DNA of 63,841 nucleotides, taken from positions 1-63,841 of the forward strand of contig JAGVGK010000005.1 of NCBI GenBank assembly GCA_020057185.1, written 5' to 3'. Positions 7,048 through 17,773 of this stretch are shown here, piece after piece. Position 1 is the first letter of the stretch. Every line of letters begins with the position of its first letter. This stretch comes from Minisyncoccota bacterium. GTDB taxonomy: Bacteria; Patescibacteriota; Minisyncoccia; Phycocordibacterales; JACOZG01. The notes beneath the pieces were generated by a model. The model saw only the letters and a program-made list of their open reading frames with translations, was not told where the DNA came from and searched no databases. Made by a program: the position numbers and the translations under genes.

Positions 7048-9129
7048 CTACTTGATGATCCCCTGTTTTCTCAAATTAGACATGAAATCTGATAGGGGCT
7101 GTTTAAATTCCGGGTGAGCGACTACAGCCTTCTGCCATAACACCAACAGGGCATTAGACTGATTAATCGTTCCATAGGCTTGAACTAATCTTTCGTCTAA
7201 AAGAGAGACCGGATCGTCTTTCGCGCCGGCGCTTAGAAGCTCCGCGGCGAGTGGTAATTTATTATCATAGATTGCGCCAAGCGCATAAATTTTCCTAGCT
7301 TCGGCAAAAGTGGGTTCGAGCTCGTAGGCCTCACGGAAAAGTGCCAGCGCGTCAGCATACTTCTTTTGATTAATATAAAAACCACCGAGCTCAAAGAGAA
7401 TGGCTTGTTTATGGGGCGACAAACGGCGAGCTTCGATAAGTTCTTTTTCGGCTTCGGCTAACAAACCAATCCGAGAGAAGAAGGAACCGGCGAAGAGACG
7501 ATAGCGCGCGTTCTCGGGTTCGCGTTTGATCGTTTCCAAAATCTGATCGTGAGCCAGAATCAGAATTCCGTTGCGTGTTTCAGCCGGCACGGACTGATCT
7601 TGCCCCACATTAAGCGCCGAGTTAATCAGATGTTCGCTGGCTTCGGTCGAGGCAAAAGTCTGGTAAGCGAAGACTTGTTTGAAACTTTCCAGTTGCTTAT
7701 CCGGATATTTCTGCCAATTTAATGCTTCGATCAGCGTGCGACTAGCTAACCACGGTTTGATGTTAATCCAGTACATGGTCGGCACAAACAAAATAACGAT
7801 GATTAGGGGCGGTAAAAAAGCGGGCACTTTATTTTTGATTAATTTTAAATTACTGGCTGGTAAGAAATTCAGGTTTTTCCCAGTCGAAACAAAGTGCAGA
7901 TAGCCGAGCATCGCCAAGAAAAGCAAATAACTAATTAGATTATCGAAAACAAAAATATTATGAATAAAATAAGCAACCAAAAGCCCAGAAAATAACGCCC
8001 GCTCGATAACAGTAAAACTATTTTTCTTCCACCAGAGATAATAAAAAGCGATGACAAAAAGCGAGAGATAGGCCAAAAGACCTAGCGCGCCCGCGCTGAT
8101 TAACCAGTCGAAGATGACATTGTGCGAACGGTCGAACCACTGTTCTTGGCTGTACATCGCCGGATCATAGTACTTGTTGAAAACCAAAATATAATTCTCC
8201 GGTCCCCAACCGAGAAGCGGCCGTTCTTTGAACCCCTGCCAGCTCATATTCCAGATCATCAATCGCGATTTAGTGGTCTGCTCGGTGAGCGAGATTGAAG
8301 CAAAGCGTTCCAAGACCGGGCTAGACTTAACGAAAGCGCTATCTTTATTTAACCAAAAAACCCCCCCGAGAATCACGGCGCCAAGCAAAACGCCCAACGA
8401 GATTTTTCGCGCCCAGCGATGTGACCGACCAAAAATCGCGATCAAAATGGCGGTGACAATTAAACCACCCACGAGACCGAGCAAAGTACCTCGCGTCCCG
8501 GTGCGATAAAGCACAATCAATTGAAATAAAATAAGCGGTAAATAAATATAAGCAATCGGATTTTGTCGGTAATGCTTGAGCCACAGCCAAGCCGTTAAGA
8601 AAATATGCACCAACATATATACCGCCAGATAAGTCGGATTGCCAAAAGTGCCGTCAATCCGACTCCCGCCCTTGGTCAAAGCCATAATCCCAGCAATGAC
8701 GCTGATCACGATCGAAAGATTCAAAAAATAAAACCAGAGCTTCTCTTTTTTCAAAACCGAAATCAGAACTACAAAATAAGCACCGAGATGAAGAAAATTC
8801 ACCAAACCTTCCATTCGCTCGAAATTACTCCAGAAACTGCGATAAGGATTCGCCCCCCAAGCCGTCGCGAGAGAAATCACTAGAAGGAGCGCCCCCATCG
8901 CGATCAAGATCCATGACTTTTTAGCTTGCCCGCCGATCAGGCGGGGGCGATAATTAGGATCGCGAAGTGCGAGAATAATCCAGAGTGCGAGAATAATCTC
9001 CGTCAACACCCGAAAAAAGAACCCCTTGCCGGTGATAAACGGAAAAAATAGCGAGGTGGAGACAAGAAGGGGGGTGAGGGTCAATAATAATAACCCCGCG
9101 ATAATCCCCCACCGCAAATAATTATTCAT
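7048..9129 (-). CDS. O-antigen ligase (Wzy_C) family membrane protein with C-terminal TPRs
   Basis: Many TM helices; RIDGTFGNP, TRG, RPLLGWGPENY, DRSHN; TPR-like helical tail. Confidence 0.85.
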   Translation of the reverse strand: MNNYLRWGIIAGLLLLTLTPLLVSTSLFFPFITGKGFFFRVLTEIILALWIILALRDPNYRPRLIGGQAKKSWILIAMGALLLVISLATAWGANPYRSFWSNFERMEGLVNFLHLGAYFVVLISVLKKEKLWFYFLNLSIVISVIAGIMALTKGGSRIDGTFGNPTYLAVYMLVHIFLTAWLWLKHYRQNPIAYIYLPLILFQLIVLYRTGTRGTLLGLVGGLIVTAILIAIFGRSHRWARKISLGVLLGAVILGGVFWLNKDSAFVKSSPVLERFASISLTEQTTKSRLMIWNMSWQGFKERPLLGWGPENYILVFNKYYDPAMYSQEQWFDRSHNVIFDWLISAGALGLLAYLSLFVIAFYYLWWKKNSFTVIERALFSGLLVAYFIHNIFVFDNLISYLLFLAMLGYLHFVSTGKNLNFLPASNLKLIKNKVPAFLPPLIIVILFVPTMYWINIKPWLASRTLIEALNWQKYPDKQLESFKQVFAYQTFASTEASEHLINSALNVGQDQSVPAETRNGILILAHDQILETIKREPENARYRLFAGSFFSRIGLLAEAEKELIEARRLSPHKQAILFELGGFYINQKKYADALALFREAYELEPTFAEARKIYALGAIYDNKLPLAAELLSAGAKDDPVSLLDERLVQAYGTINQSNALLVLWQKAVVAHPEFKQPLSDFMSNLRKQGIIK

Positions 9130-9196
9130 GACCGATACTATAGCAATTAAACCTATTTTAAGCTAGTATTTTAAGTATAAATATTTTTTCTTCAGA

Positions 9197-10015
9197 TTAA
9201 GAAAAGTCCTTTTTAGAAAATAAAAAATTTTGGGGATAAGTCACTAAAATATAATAAAGTATCACCATAAGTGAAACTAAGGAGTGGGCGACATAGATTA
9301 CGAAGGCTAATTGAGCAAAGAAAGAAAAAAGAATAATAATAATTAAATACAACGCCCAAACCCAATCATACATCATAAAAATAAAATAATGAGACAACCG
9401 TTTAATTAAACCCTGGGCTGGGATTAAAACTGGCTGATCATAAAGATCCTGAAGTAAATCGTCGTGATGCTCTAATTTAATTTTGTGTTTGATGTGATGC
9501 CTCAACTTACCAAGCATGTTTGTTAAAGAAGCAAAAACAGAGAGAACAACTGCGAAAATAATAATTGTGGAAAATCCAGTAGCCGTTGCAAAAAAATAAC
9601 CAATAGAGAGATAGAGGGCAAAAGGATACAAAAAGTGGAAAAAACGATCGTAATAAATACCAGTTTGAGTAAAATAAGATTTGTATCGAGCAACTTCGCC
9701 GTCTACTCTATCACCGATTGCTACTAATTGTAGAAAAAATAATTGAATAATAATTAAATAAAAACTAGAAATTATATCGTAAAAAATATTAGATATAATT
9801 AATCCAAGCAAAATTATAATCAAGAAAACAGAAATCTGATTGGGACGGACATTAGGAAACAAAACAACTATTAAGTACGACAATCGAGCTGAAACATAAC
9901 GAGTAAGGGCATAAATTTTATCACCGTTAATGCGACCTTGTTTGGTCACATGGACCTGCTGTCGAAAATTAGAAAAATTAATCATAACCATTATTTCTGT
10001 TTTAATACACTCCAA
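9197..10015 (-). CDS. CDP-alcohol phosphatidyltransferase family protein
   Basis: RPNQIS, DRVDGEVAR...G.YYD motif; true start probably near 9991. Confidence 0.8.
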   Translation of the reverse strand: MECIKTEIMVMINFSNFRQQVHVTKQGRINGDKIYALTRYVSARLSYLIVVLFPNVRPNQISVFLIIILLGLIISNIFYDIISSFYLIIIQLFFLQLVAIGDRVDGEVARYKSYFTQTGIYYDRFFHFLYPFALYLSIGYFFATATGFSTIIIFAVVLSVFASLTNMLGKLRHHIKHKIKLEHHDDLLQDLYDQPVLIPAQGLIKRLSHYFIFMMYDWVWALYLIIIILFSFFAQLAFVIYVAHSLVSLMVILYYILVTYPQNFLFSKKDFS

Positions 10016-10662
10016 AATTCACCCCAATTAATCTGGTAAGATTCGATTTCCCAACCAGACTCTTTAGTCTCTTTTTCTACATCTTCTAAGGTATACTCAA
10101 GATAATGGGTATCATCCAACTTGTATGGGTAACCATTATCCCGTTTATAAACGGCTACCCATTCACGGGTGATCATAGGCACACGAAGTAAAAGGGTGTC
10201 ACCGAAGAAACCAATTTTTTTAAGTAAGTTAATTCTATCTTCAATGTGCTCAAGAACATTGGACAAAATCAATTTATCAAAATGATTATTGAAGTGATAA
10301 ACGGTAGCGTCACCCACAATAAATTCGAGATTATCTTTTTGGTAATGCTTCTTGGCATAATCAATATTTTGGTCAGAGATATCTATTCCAACTACTTTCT
10401 TCGCTTTCTTGGCCACATCGCAGGCTAACAATCCCCCGCCACAACCAATGTCTAAGATCGTGTCGCCCGGATTGATTCTTGCAGTAAAATAATCGTGATA
10501 TTTGGTGATCTTATGTTTGGGATTAATTCCCCCATTCAAATTGGTAGCATATTCAGTAATTTTTTTATAACTATAATTATGAAGTTTAATGAAAAATCCC
10601 AACAATCGCCTTGTAAACTTAGGCTGATTTTTGATATAACTTTTAATTTTATTTTTAATCAT
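9991..10662 (-). CDS. Class I SAM methyltransferase
   Basis: ILDIGCGGG, NVLEHI. Confidence 0.9.
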   Translation of the reverse strand: MIKNKIKSYIKNQPKFTRRLLGFFIKLHNYSYKKITEYATNLNGGINPKHKITKYHDYFTARINPGDTILDIGCGGGLLACDVAKKAKKVVGIDISDQNIDYAKKHYQKDNLEFIVGDATVYHFNNHFDKLILSNVLEHIEDRINLLKKIGFFGDTLLLRVPMITREWVAVYKRDNGYPYKLDDTHYLEYTLEDVEKETKESGWEIESYQINWGEFWSVLKQK

Positions 10663-11348
10663 TATAAAAATTTTATAGCATCGGGTCCTTCATTAAAAAG
10701 CAAATCGAGAACAGTTAGCCCTGGAATAAAAGGTGGAAAAAGTTGCCGATATTCTCGCGGATGAAAATTTTGAAACGAGAGTTCTACGCTAGCTTTTTCA
10801 AATTTATCTCGCTCAATATATTTTTTACCTGACGGACCAGATAAAAATTTTGTAGTCCCAACATTTTTGATTATATCTAAAATCGCATCCGTAGAACGTA
10901 ATTCTGAATTAACCTCAAAATCCGATGCCCGATAAAATTTAGCCTTCAAATTTAAAATCTTTGATATGTATTCTATAATCCTGATATTTAAATCAGCAAG
11001 AGTGACGATTATAGAAATATTAGCGTAAAGATTATTAAAAAAGGGCGAATAATCTTTCCAGTAGGGCGCCCTTTGATAGTAAACTTCAAGCGATCGCCAA
11101 TGCTTCTTAGCCCAACGAGTATCATTTGGTAAACTAACATCTTTTAATCTCTTAAACAACTCTGTGTGACCAATAGGAACTGTTAAATAAGTCTGACCGC
11201 CATTGGGTATCTTTATCTTATTACGATTATGAAACCCATCGCGTGAATAAAAGGCTGTATCATAGAAGATAAAAATATCTGATACAACTATTTTGTTAAA
11301 ATAGCCTAACCATGGTAAGTAATCTGGCTGGTGCATGGATACAAACAT
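10662..11348 (-). CDS. WbqC-like protein
   Basis: HQPDYLPWLGYFNKI, NRNKIK, LSGPSG..Y, LDLLFNEG. Confidence 0.9.
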   Translation of the reverse strand: MFVSMHQPDYLPWLGYFNKIVVSDIFIFYDTAFYSRDGFHNRNKIKIPNGGQTYLTVPIGHTELFKRLKDVSLPNDTRWAKKHWRSLEVYYQRAPYWKDYSPFFNNLYANISIIVTLADLNIRIIEYISKILNLKAKFYRASDFEVNSELRSTDAILDIIKNVGTTKFLSGPSGKKYIERDKFEKASVELSFQNFHPREYRQLFPPFIPGLTVLDLLFNEGPDAIKFL

Positions 11349-11354
11349 CGAAGT

Positions 11355-12020
11355 CTACTGAGAAATTAATCTAATAACATCAAAAGATTCAGCATATCTT
11401 TCTTTAATCTCAACTCCGCGGGTAATCGCCCAACTTTTAATATATTCAACTGAGAAATAGGGTCGTCCTTCTCCTTGACTTTTATAACAACTAACAGCTT
11501 TTATCTTTCTATCGAGATTTTTCTGTGATAAAACACTATAAAAATCAGCTGTTTTATTCAAGCGATTCCAATCATAACCGTAAGACAAAAGATTGCATTC
11601 TTTAAAAGCCCTGAAGCTCTCTTGGGCCACAGTCACATGGTCTTGATGCATATCGTCAAGTGACATAGTAAAAACAACATCGGGATTGATTTTCCGCCGA
11701 TAATTCCAGAGAGTATCGAGGATCGGCTGACGATAACTCGGGAAAACTCGATTTTCATACTTTTCCATAAAAATGTTCTGTTTTTTGAGTCCCAAAATTT
11801 TAGCACTCTGATAAACTTCTTGACGAATATCATCGGCTGTAAATTTACTTGCCGTACCCTTAAGATTGAAGGAAAGAATGAGTTGGTAAACATCCTTGCC
11901 CGCTTCGAGTAATTTGTTTACTGTGCCCCCGCAACCAAGCTCCATGTCGTCAGCATGGGCACAAACAATTAAGATTTTCTTGGCTTTAGTAAACATACGC
12001 GATGACTCTAATACAATCAC
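11355..12020 (-). CDS. PIG-L/LmbE family deacetylase
   Basis: AHADDMELGCGGT, DMHQDH, YKSQ. Confidence 0.9.
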   Translation of the reverse strand: MIVLESSRMFTKAKKILIVCAHADDMELGCGGTVNKLLEAGKDVYQLILSFNLKGTASKFTADDIRQEVYQSAKILGLKKQNIFMEKYENRVFPSYRQPILDTLWNYRRKINPDVVFTMSLDDMHQDHVTVAQESFRAFKECNLLSYGYDWNRLNKTADFYSVLSQKNLDRKIKAVSCYKSQGEGRPYFSVEYIKSWAITRGVEIKERYAESFDVIRLISQ

Positions 12021-13138
12021 ACTTTCGACATATTCACAAGTTTGATAATTTCTTTGACAAATATTTCTGGCTTATGTTTTGTTCGAGCCAATTCTAGACT
12101 ATACTTACCGAATTCTACAATTTTAGTTTTGTCACACAACAAGATTTCTAATTTATTTCTTAAGTCAGTCTCATTTTTGTCTTCAAAAACAAAACCGTTC
12201 TTTCCAGTTTCGATATAGCATCGTGTGCCATTGGCGCTGCTTGAAATCACCGCTAGACCCCTACTCATTGCCCCCAAGGGAGAGGCCGCCGCGGGTTCAT
12301 CCGAAGAAGCTAGAACAAAAATATCGTGGTTTAAGTATTCTTTTAAGACCTGCTTAAATAATAAATCGTAACGGAGACTAACTTTTAGACTAAGATTTTT
12401 TTGTTTAATATAATCTTCCACTTCCTTCACATAAGATTCATCTGCTCGTTCGCCAATAATAGTCAAATGAACAGAATATTGTTTCACTAATTCTTTAAAA
12501 ACTCGCAAGAGGAGTAAATGATTTTTGCGCCTGACGAACTTCCCAACTGTTAATATCTTGATTGTTCCATTAAAAAAATAAATTCTTTCTTCATTGATTG
12601 TTTCAGTCACGAACGGCACATAATGGAGATTCCTGTTTTCGTTCCCAAACCCAGCCTGATCACCTAGGAGTGGGGTTAAAACCGGTGCCCCGAAAACTAA
12701 CCCAACCAGAGAAACTGACCAGCTTTTTCTCTTTTGGCGGTATTTATCAATCTGAAGAGTAAACACTATCTTCGCTCCAATTATTTTGGCAAAAACAGCC
12801 CCAATCAGGGAATAAACGCTCTCAATATTTTTTATCACCACTATTTCTGGTTTGAAACGCATCATTTCTACAAATAATTTGATGAGTGGTGGAAAACTGT
12901 ACTTTAGTTCAAAATTATTTTTCAAATAGATTCTTAACTGGCGATTAAAAATTTTATTGAGCAGAATAAACAAGAGTGAATAACCAAGGGTTATCGGTTT
13001 AACAACATCATCATAATCTCCTTCTAGTTTACCGCGATAAAGAGTGAGGACTTTAACTTTATGCCCCGCGTCAACCAATCCCTTAATGGGGAAAAAAAGA
13101 TTACTGTGGAAACTGGGGGCAAGAAAAATTAATTTCAT
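12017..13138 (-). CDS. Glycosyltransferase family 4
   Basis: VGKFVRRKN, FVLASSDEP; GT-B C-terminal domain. Confidence 0.85.
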   Translation of the reverse strand: MKLIFLAPSFHSNLFFPIKGLVDAGHKVKVLTLYRGKLEGDYDDVVKPITLGYSLLFILLNKIFNRQLRIYLKNNFELKYSFPPLIKLFVEMMRFKPEIVVIKNIESVYSLIGAVFAKIIGAKIVFTLQIDKYRQKRKSWSVSLVGLVFGAPVLTPLLGDQAGFGNENRNLHYVPFVTETINEERIYFFNGTIKILTVGKFVRRKNHLLLLRVFKELVKQYSVHLTIIGERADESYVKEVEDYIKQKNLSLKVSLRYDLLFKQVLKEYLNHDIFVLASSDEPAAASPLGAMSRGLAVISSSANGTRCYIETGKNGFVFEDKNETDLRNKLEILLCDKTKIVEFGKYSLELARTKHKPEIFVKEIIKLVNMSKV

Positions 13139-14337
13139 AATTTATTGGGCTTTAGGGCTTCGACGATCTTCTTCATAATTTGGTTTAAAGAAAAATGAAC
13201 TTCAATTCTTTGTCGCGAGGCCAAGCTCATTCTATACCATCGTTCAGGATCATTTTTAAATAACATTAATTTTTCTGCAATGGCTTGGGCGTTTTTGATT
13301 GGGACAAAGAAGCCGGTCTCTTCTTCTCTGACCACATCAGTTGCCCCACCCACCGGCGTAGTGATGATCGGCAATCCAAAGGATCCTGCTTCCAAAACAA
13401 CATTTGGGAAACCCTCCGCGGTAGAAGACATAACGAAAATGTGGGCCCGGCGGTATTCTTCCTGAAGCGATTCTGTGTTGAGCCGGCCTAAAAACTTCAC
13501 TTGATCGCAGAGGTTAAGTTCCGCAACCTGCTTCTCATACATTGTTCTCAAGGTGCCGTCACCAGCAAAAATTAGCCTAAACTCATTCTGTTTATCTTTG
13601 GGTAAAAGGCTAATTGCTTCAATAATATACTCGAAAGCCCGTTCATAATAATTCATTGAAGCCACGGCCAAGACAAGCCATTCTGGTTGATCCTTTTTGA
13701 TTAAATTCCTCATTGCAACCTTTTTTTGATCGTCAATTATTGGAATACCATTTCCGATTATCACGATTTTTCTCTTATTCCAGGGCTGATATTGAACGAC
13801 GAGATGCTCCATCTCTTGACTTAAGACAATAATTTGGTTAGTGAAAAAATTGAGAATAATATCGGCCAATTTAAATTTCCAATCTTTTACTTTTACTTGA
13901 CCATGCTGATTTGTCACCGCGCTTGATTCTCTGATCACGATCTTCACCTTAGGTCGAATTACCTTGATTAATCTAGCGAGAATTTTGGGCAACTCGAGAG
14001 TCGCGTAAATTGTTTGGATTTTGTTTTGGTCTACAAATTTAATAAGTTTTTTGATAGCTTGATAATCCAATAAATTGCGCGAGTTTAAAAACAGCCTATC
14101 TACCAATGGCACTATTAATTCGCTAGAAAGATTATCTGAAGAAAAATCTGGAAAAAGTGTGGCAAAGAAAACTCGATGCCCGACCGTTGATAAAAAATTA
14201 GCCTGCCTGACAAACACCCCCTCGGCCCCGGCCCGAGCGAGATTATTGATAATAAACAAAACTCTAATTGGTTGGAAACTATTTTTAGATTGGTTTTCGG
14301 CAGACATACATTGGCCAACGTACAAAAAGACCCACAA
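13135..14337 (-). CDS. Glycosyltransferase family 4
   Basis: AGAE, EGFPNVVLEA; true start probably near 14307. Confidence 0.9.
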   Translation of the reverse strand: MWVFLYVGQCMSAENQSKNSFQPIRVLFIINNLARAGAEGVFVRQANFLSTVGHRVFFATLFPDFSSDNLSSELIVPLVDRLFLNSRNLLDYQAIKKLIKFVDQNKIQTIYATLELPKILARLIKVIRPKVKIVIRESSAVTNQHGQVKVKDWKFKLADIILNFFTNQIIVLSQEMEHLVVQYQPWNKRKIVIIGNGIPIIDDQKKVAMRNLIKKDQPEWLVLAVASMNYYERAFEYIIEAISLLPKDKQNEFRLIFAGDGTLRTMYEKQVAELNLCDQVKFLGRLNTESLQEEYRRAHIFVMSSTAEGFPNVVLEAGSFGLPIITTPVGGATDVVREEETGFFVPIKNAQAIAEKLMLFKNDPERWYRMSLASRQRIEVHFSLNQIMKKIVEALKPNKL

Positions 14338-14980
14338 TTATTTTTGGTAATCGTGGATAATAATAAGAGTTAACTAATACTTCGACCAACTGAAAACCGA
14401 CCTCATTCAATAATTTTTCTTCAGCCCAAATATTGTTATGGGAAACATAGAGATCTCCATTGGGATGATGCTCCACTCTCACATGGTAACCCAACCGCCA
14501 ATGAGGGAGTTGCTCGATGAATCTTTTGGTCGCTTGCCAACTTCTAGGCCAAGCCAAACTATTATGCCCTGAGTAGGCAAAAATACCCTCCGGTTTAAGC
14601 ACGCGGTAAGCTTCACTTATTATTTCCTGCCGGCGGTTACTATAATCAATCCCTTGATTGGAGAAAAACACAAAATCGAAATTATCGTCAGGAAAAGATA
14701 ATTCAGCGGCATTCATCACCCGGAGATCAAGCTCGGGGTAAAGTGTCTTCCCTTGTTCGATAAAAGGCATGGACACATCAACCCCAATCACCCTTGAACA
14801 TTTTGTCGCTAAATACTTGGTACTTCGGCCAGTGCCACAACCTAGGTCAAGCACTCGAAACTCTGGCTTAAGATATTGTTCAAACAAAAATTTTTCGTAG
14901 GGCCAAAGATAATCTTTGGAATAGATTTTGACGGCCTCCGGTGTGGAGTAAGTATTTTTATTAATCTTTTCAAATTCCAT
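14285..14980 (-). CDS. Class I SAM methyltransferase
   Basis: VLDLGCGTG, RVLKPEG. Confidence 0.9.
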   Translation of the reverse strand: MEFEKINKNTYSTPEAVKIYSKDYLWPYEKFLFEQYLKPEFRVLDLGCGTGRSTKYLATKCSRVIGVDVSMPFIEQGKTLYPELDLRVMNAAELSFPDDNFDFVFFSNQGIDYSNRRQEIISEAYRVLKPEGIFAYSGHNSLAWPRSWQATKRFIEQLPHWRLGYHVRVEHHPNGDLYVSHNNIWAEEKLLNEVGFQLVEVLVNSYYYPRLPKIIVGLFVRWPMYVCRKPI

Positions 14981-16037
14981 GGTAAAAATCTTTTATTGAA
15001 TAAACGATCTTTTTAATTTGGGAGTCAGTAAGATTGGGGTAGATCGGTAAGGAAACACCTTGATCAAGCCACTGATCAGTCATTGGGAATGACCCAGTAG
15101 AATGAAGAACGCGGTGCAACCCGCCAACCACCCCGTAACCACAAATGATCCCTTGTTTTTTTAAAAACTGGCGGAGCTCATTAGACTTTTTTGTTTTAAC
15201 TACATAACGATAGAAAATGTGTTTTTTACTCTTCGGCACTTGGGGTAAAATTAGGGGTAAATTTTCTAACTCTTGAGTGTATTTTCTCGCTAAAACTTTT
15301 CGCTGACGGATAAAATTTTTTAATTTTTTTAATTGCGACAAAGCTAGCGCTGCGGATAAATCATTCATCTTATAATTATAACGAATTTTGTCGTCTAGTT
15401 TTTTATCATATTCTCGCCGATCTTCTAATTCATCCCGATAATCCTGATTGGAAGTCGTCACTATTCCGCCCTCACCACCAGTAATCATTTTGGTGGCGTA
15501 AACCGAGAAAGTGGCCAATTCTCCAAAACTACCAGCCGGCCGTCCGCTTAATTTTGATCCTGGTGACATCGCACAGTCTTCAATCACTGGTATTCCGTTA
15601 GCCACTTTCAAAATTTCCTCCATATCAGCCATAAGTCCAAACATGTGAGGCACAATAATTGCTTTAGTCTTAGAAGTAATTGCTTGGGTCAAAGAAGCAA
15701 CATTCATATTCCCATCACTTTCATTTACATCAACTGGCACCGGAATGGCTCCGGTATAGCGAATCACATGAGCTAACCCAACACAAACATACGAGGAAAC
15801 GACAACTTCATCGCCTGCCCCCACCCCAAGAGCTAACAAGGCGAGATGGAGGGCTGAGGTGCCAGAATTAACCCCAATTCCAAACTTCTGGTTCGATAAT
15901 TTAACAACTGTCTTTTCCAGATCTCTTACAGCTGACCCATTACTTAACCATCCACTTTTTATAACTCGAGTTACGGCTTTGATATCTTGGAAATCAGTAC
16001 TAGGTCGAAAATGTGGTATGTTTTTTTTGTCTGACAT
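14970..16037 (-). CDS. DegT/DnrJ/EryC1/StrS sugar aminotransferase
   Basis: NSGTSALH, IEDCA, SVYATKMITGGEGG, YNYKM. Confidence 0.93.
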   Translation of the reverse strand: MSDKKNIPHFRPSTDFQDIKAVTRVIKSGWLSNGSAVRDLEKTVVKLSNQKFGIGVNSGTSALHLALLALGVGAGDEVVVSSYVCVGLAHVIRYTGAIPVPVDVNESDGNMNVASLTQAITSKTKAIIVPHMFGLMADMEEILKVANGIPVIEDCAMSPGSKLSGRPAGSFGELATFSVYATKMITGGEGGIVTTSNQDYRDELEDRREYDKKLDDKIRYNYKMNDLSAALALSQLKKLKNFIRQRKVLARKYTQELENLPLILPQVPKSKKHIFYRYVVKTKKSNELRQFLKKQGIICGYGVVGGLHRVLHSTGSFPMTDQWLDQGVSLPIYPNLTDSQIKKIVYSIKDFYHGI

Positions 16038-16042
16038 AAAAA

Positions 16043-17773
16043 TTATTTCGCTTTAGAAATATCGAGGATGAGATAATCGGAATTATCGTAAACCACTTCT
16101 CCGACGGACATACCGCCTGCCCAATATAAATCCGAGATTTTACCTCGCGGTATTAACATATGGGTAGATTTAAGTTTTTGGGCAAAAATTACAATATCGC
16201 GAAAATCTGTCGCTGACCCAACTACCCTATCATATTCCTGCCGCTCTTCATACCAACGCTTGCTGTTGCTAAAACCGGAAGTAACCCACAAATTACCCTC
16301 CTTATTAGTCAAATTAGTGTTAAGGTGGCTCAAAATCTTGAAAATAAAATCACGTTGATCTCCTGAAAAAACAAAAAAATTAGTCCCAGTGTGTGGCAAA
16401 TTAACCCGTGACCATAAAGCAACCTCCTTTAAGTTGAAATAAGATAAAACTTGGTCTCCAGAAACAATTGGTGCCAAGTTATACTTTAAACGAATATTTT
16501 CTGGAATTGTCATTCTGGCTATATTTCTGATCAACGGGGCAGAAAAACGTATTGGTAATAAAACAATAACAATAACAAAGAAAAAGGCTAACAATTTTTT
16601 TCTTTTATTTTCCACCAAAAATACGATGAAAGCCACCGATTGAAATAAAAGAGCAGCCCCGACAATGCGCATTGATCTTAAGTGTTCGAGAAAGATTGGG
16701 GAACCACCACTTTTGATATTTATTCCATTCAAAAATTCAATAATAATGATAAAAAGAATAGCAACCAAAAAAAATAAAAACGTGATAATACTAATTTTCG
16801 TAAACAGTCCATTTGGATCATCTTGCTTCTTAAGGACAAAATAAAGAGACGCCACAAGCGTAATTAACAACGGCAACCCATCCCAAATGTCCCTTTTGAT
16901 TTCTCCAAATTCGATTGTTTTAATAAAACCACTACCCCGAAATTTGTTTTGAACTATTTCTGACTGCATCTCTTTTTCTGAAACAGAAAGATTATTCTCG
17001 TCCAACATTTTTGTATTTGGATTTAACAAATGATTTAAGAAAAATGGAGCTGAAATAATAAAGTAGACGATTATAAAAAATAGCAACGGTTTAATTAATT
17101 TAAAACGATAGAAAACTAGAGCGACAATAATACAAAAGAAAATTCCTATCGTGCCAACAGGTGGATATAAATAAACAAGCAACCCCGCCAGAGTAGCCAA
17201 CAGTAAGTTAATAAATGGTTTTTTTATTCCCTTGATTGTCCAATAATAAATAAACAAAACATAAAAAGGTAAAACAAGAATACTCCCCCGAAAACCACTA
17301 ATATCTAAAAAGCCGATACTTGTTGAAAAGATAAAGCGCGGAATTAAGATAACAATACCAGCTAAAGCTGCTCCCCACCAGTTGCCAAAAAATTTTCTAG
17401 CAATTAACCCAGTGATGATATAAGTGCAGATTATTATTACTAAAGACATAACATGATAGCCTCCAAGGCTGTGTTCTAGCCCCGGATTTAAAAAATAAAA
17501 CAAAGGAAATGCGATGTACAATTCTGATTGATTATACGATGGTGGAACATTTTCCCAATAATTAAACCGCGATTGCAATTCGAGAAACTGATATCCCCAA
17601 ACATCGCTACTTAAAGAATTGGTTTGGAGCGGTATATTGATACGCAAATAAAAAGCCAAAAAGATAAATAAAATACTCCAGAAAAACAAACGGGAATTTA
17701 AAAAATATTTAAATTGTTGAATCATATTAATGAAATTATTTCTTATAAGTAATAAAATAGAGACCATGGGCAT
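16043..17773 (-). CDS. Polytopic membrane protein (possible GT-C or polymerase)
   Basis: More than 10 hydrophobic segments within the glycan cluster; no diagnostic motif; start probably near 17725. Confidence 0.55.
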   Translation of the reverse strand: MPMVSILLLIRNNFINMIQQFKYFLNSRLFFWSILFIFLAFYLRINIPLQTNSLSSDVWGYQFLELQSRFNYWENVPPSYNQSELYIAFPLFYFLNPGLEHSLGGYHVMSLVIIICTYIITGLIARKFFGNWWGAALAGIVILIPRFIFSTSIGFLDISGFRGSILVLPFYVLFIYYWTIKGIKKPFINLLLATLAGLLVYLYPPVGTIGIFFCIIVALVFYRFKLIKPLLFFIIVYFIISAPFFLNHLLNPNTKMLDENNLSVSEKEMQSEIVQNKFRGSGFIKTIEFGEIKRDIWDGLPLLITLVASLYFVLKKQDDPNGLFTKISIITFLFFLVAILFIIIIEFLNGINIKSGGSPIFLEHLRSMRIVGAALLFQSVAFIVFLVENKRKKLLAFFFVIVIVLLPIRFSAPLIRNIARMTIPENIRLKYNLAPIVSGDQVLSYFNLKEVALWSRVNLPHTGTNFFVFSGDQRDFIFKILSHLNTNLTNKEGNLWVTSGFSNSKRWYEERQEYDRVVGSATDFRDIVIFAQKLKSTHMLIPRGKISDLYWAGGMSVGEVVYDNSDYLILDISKAK

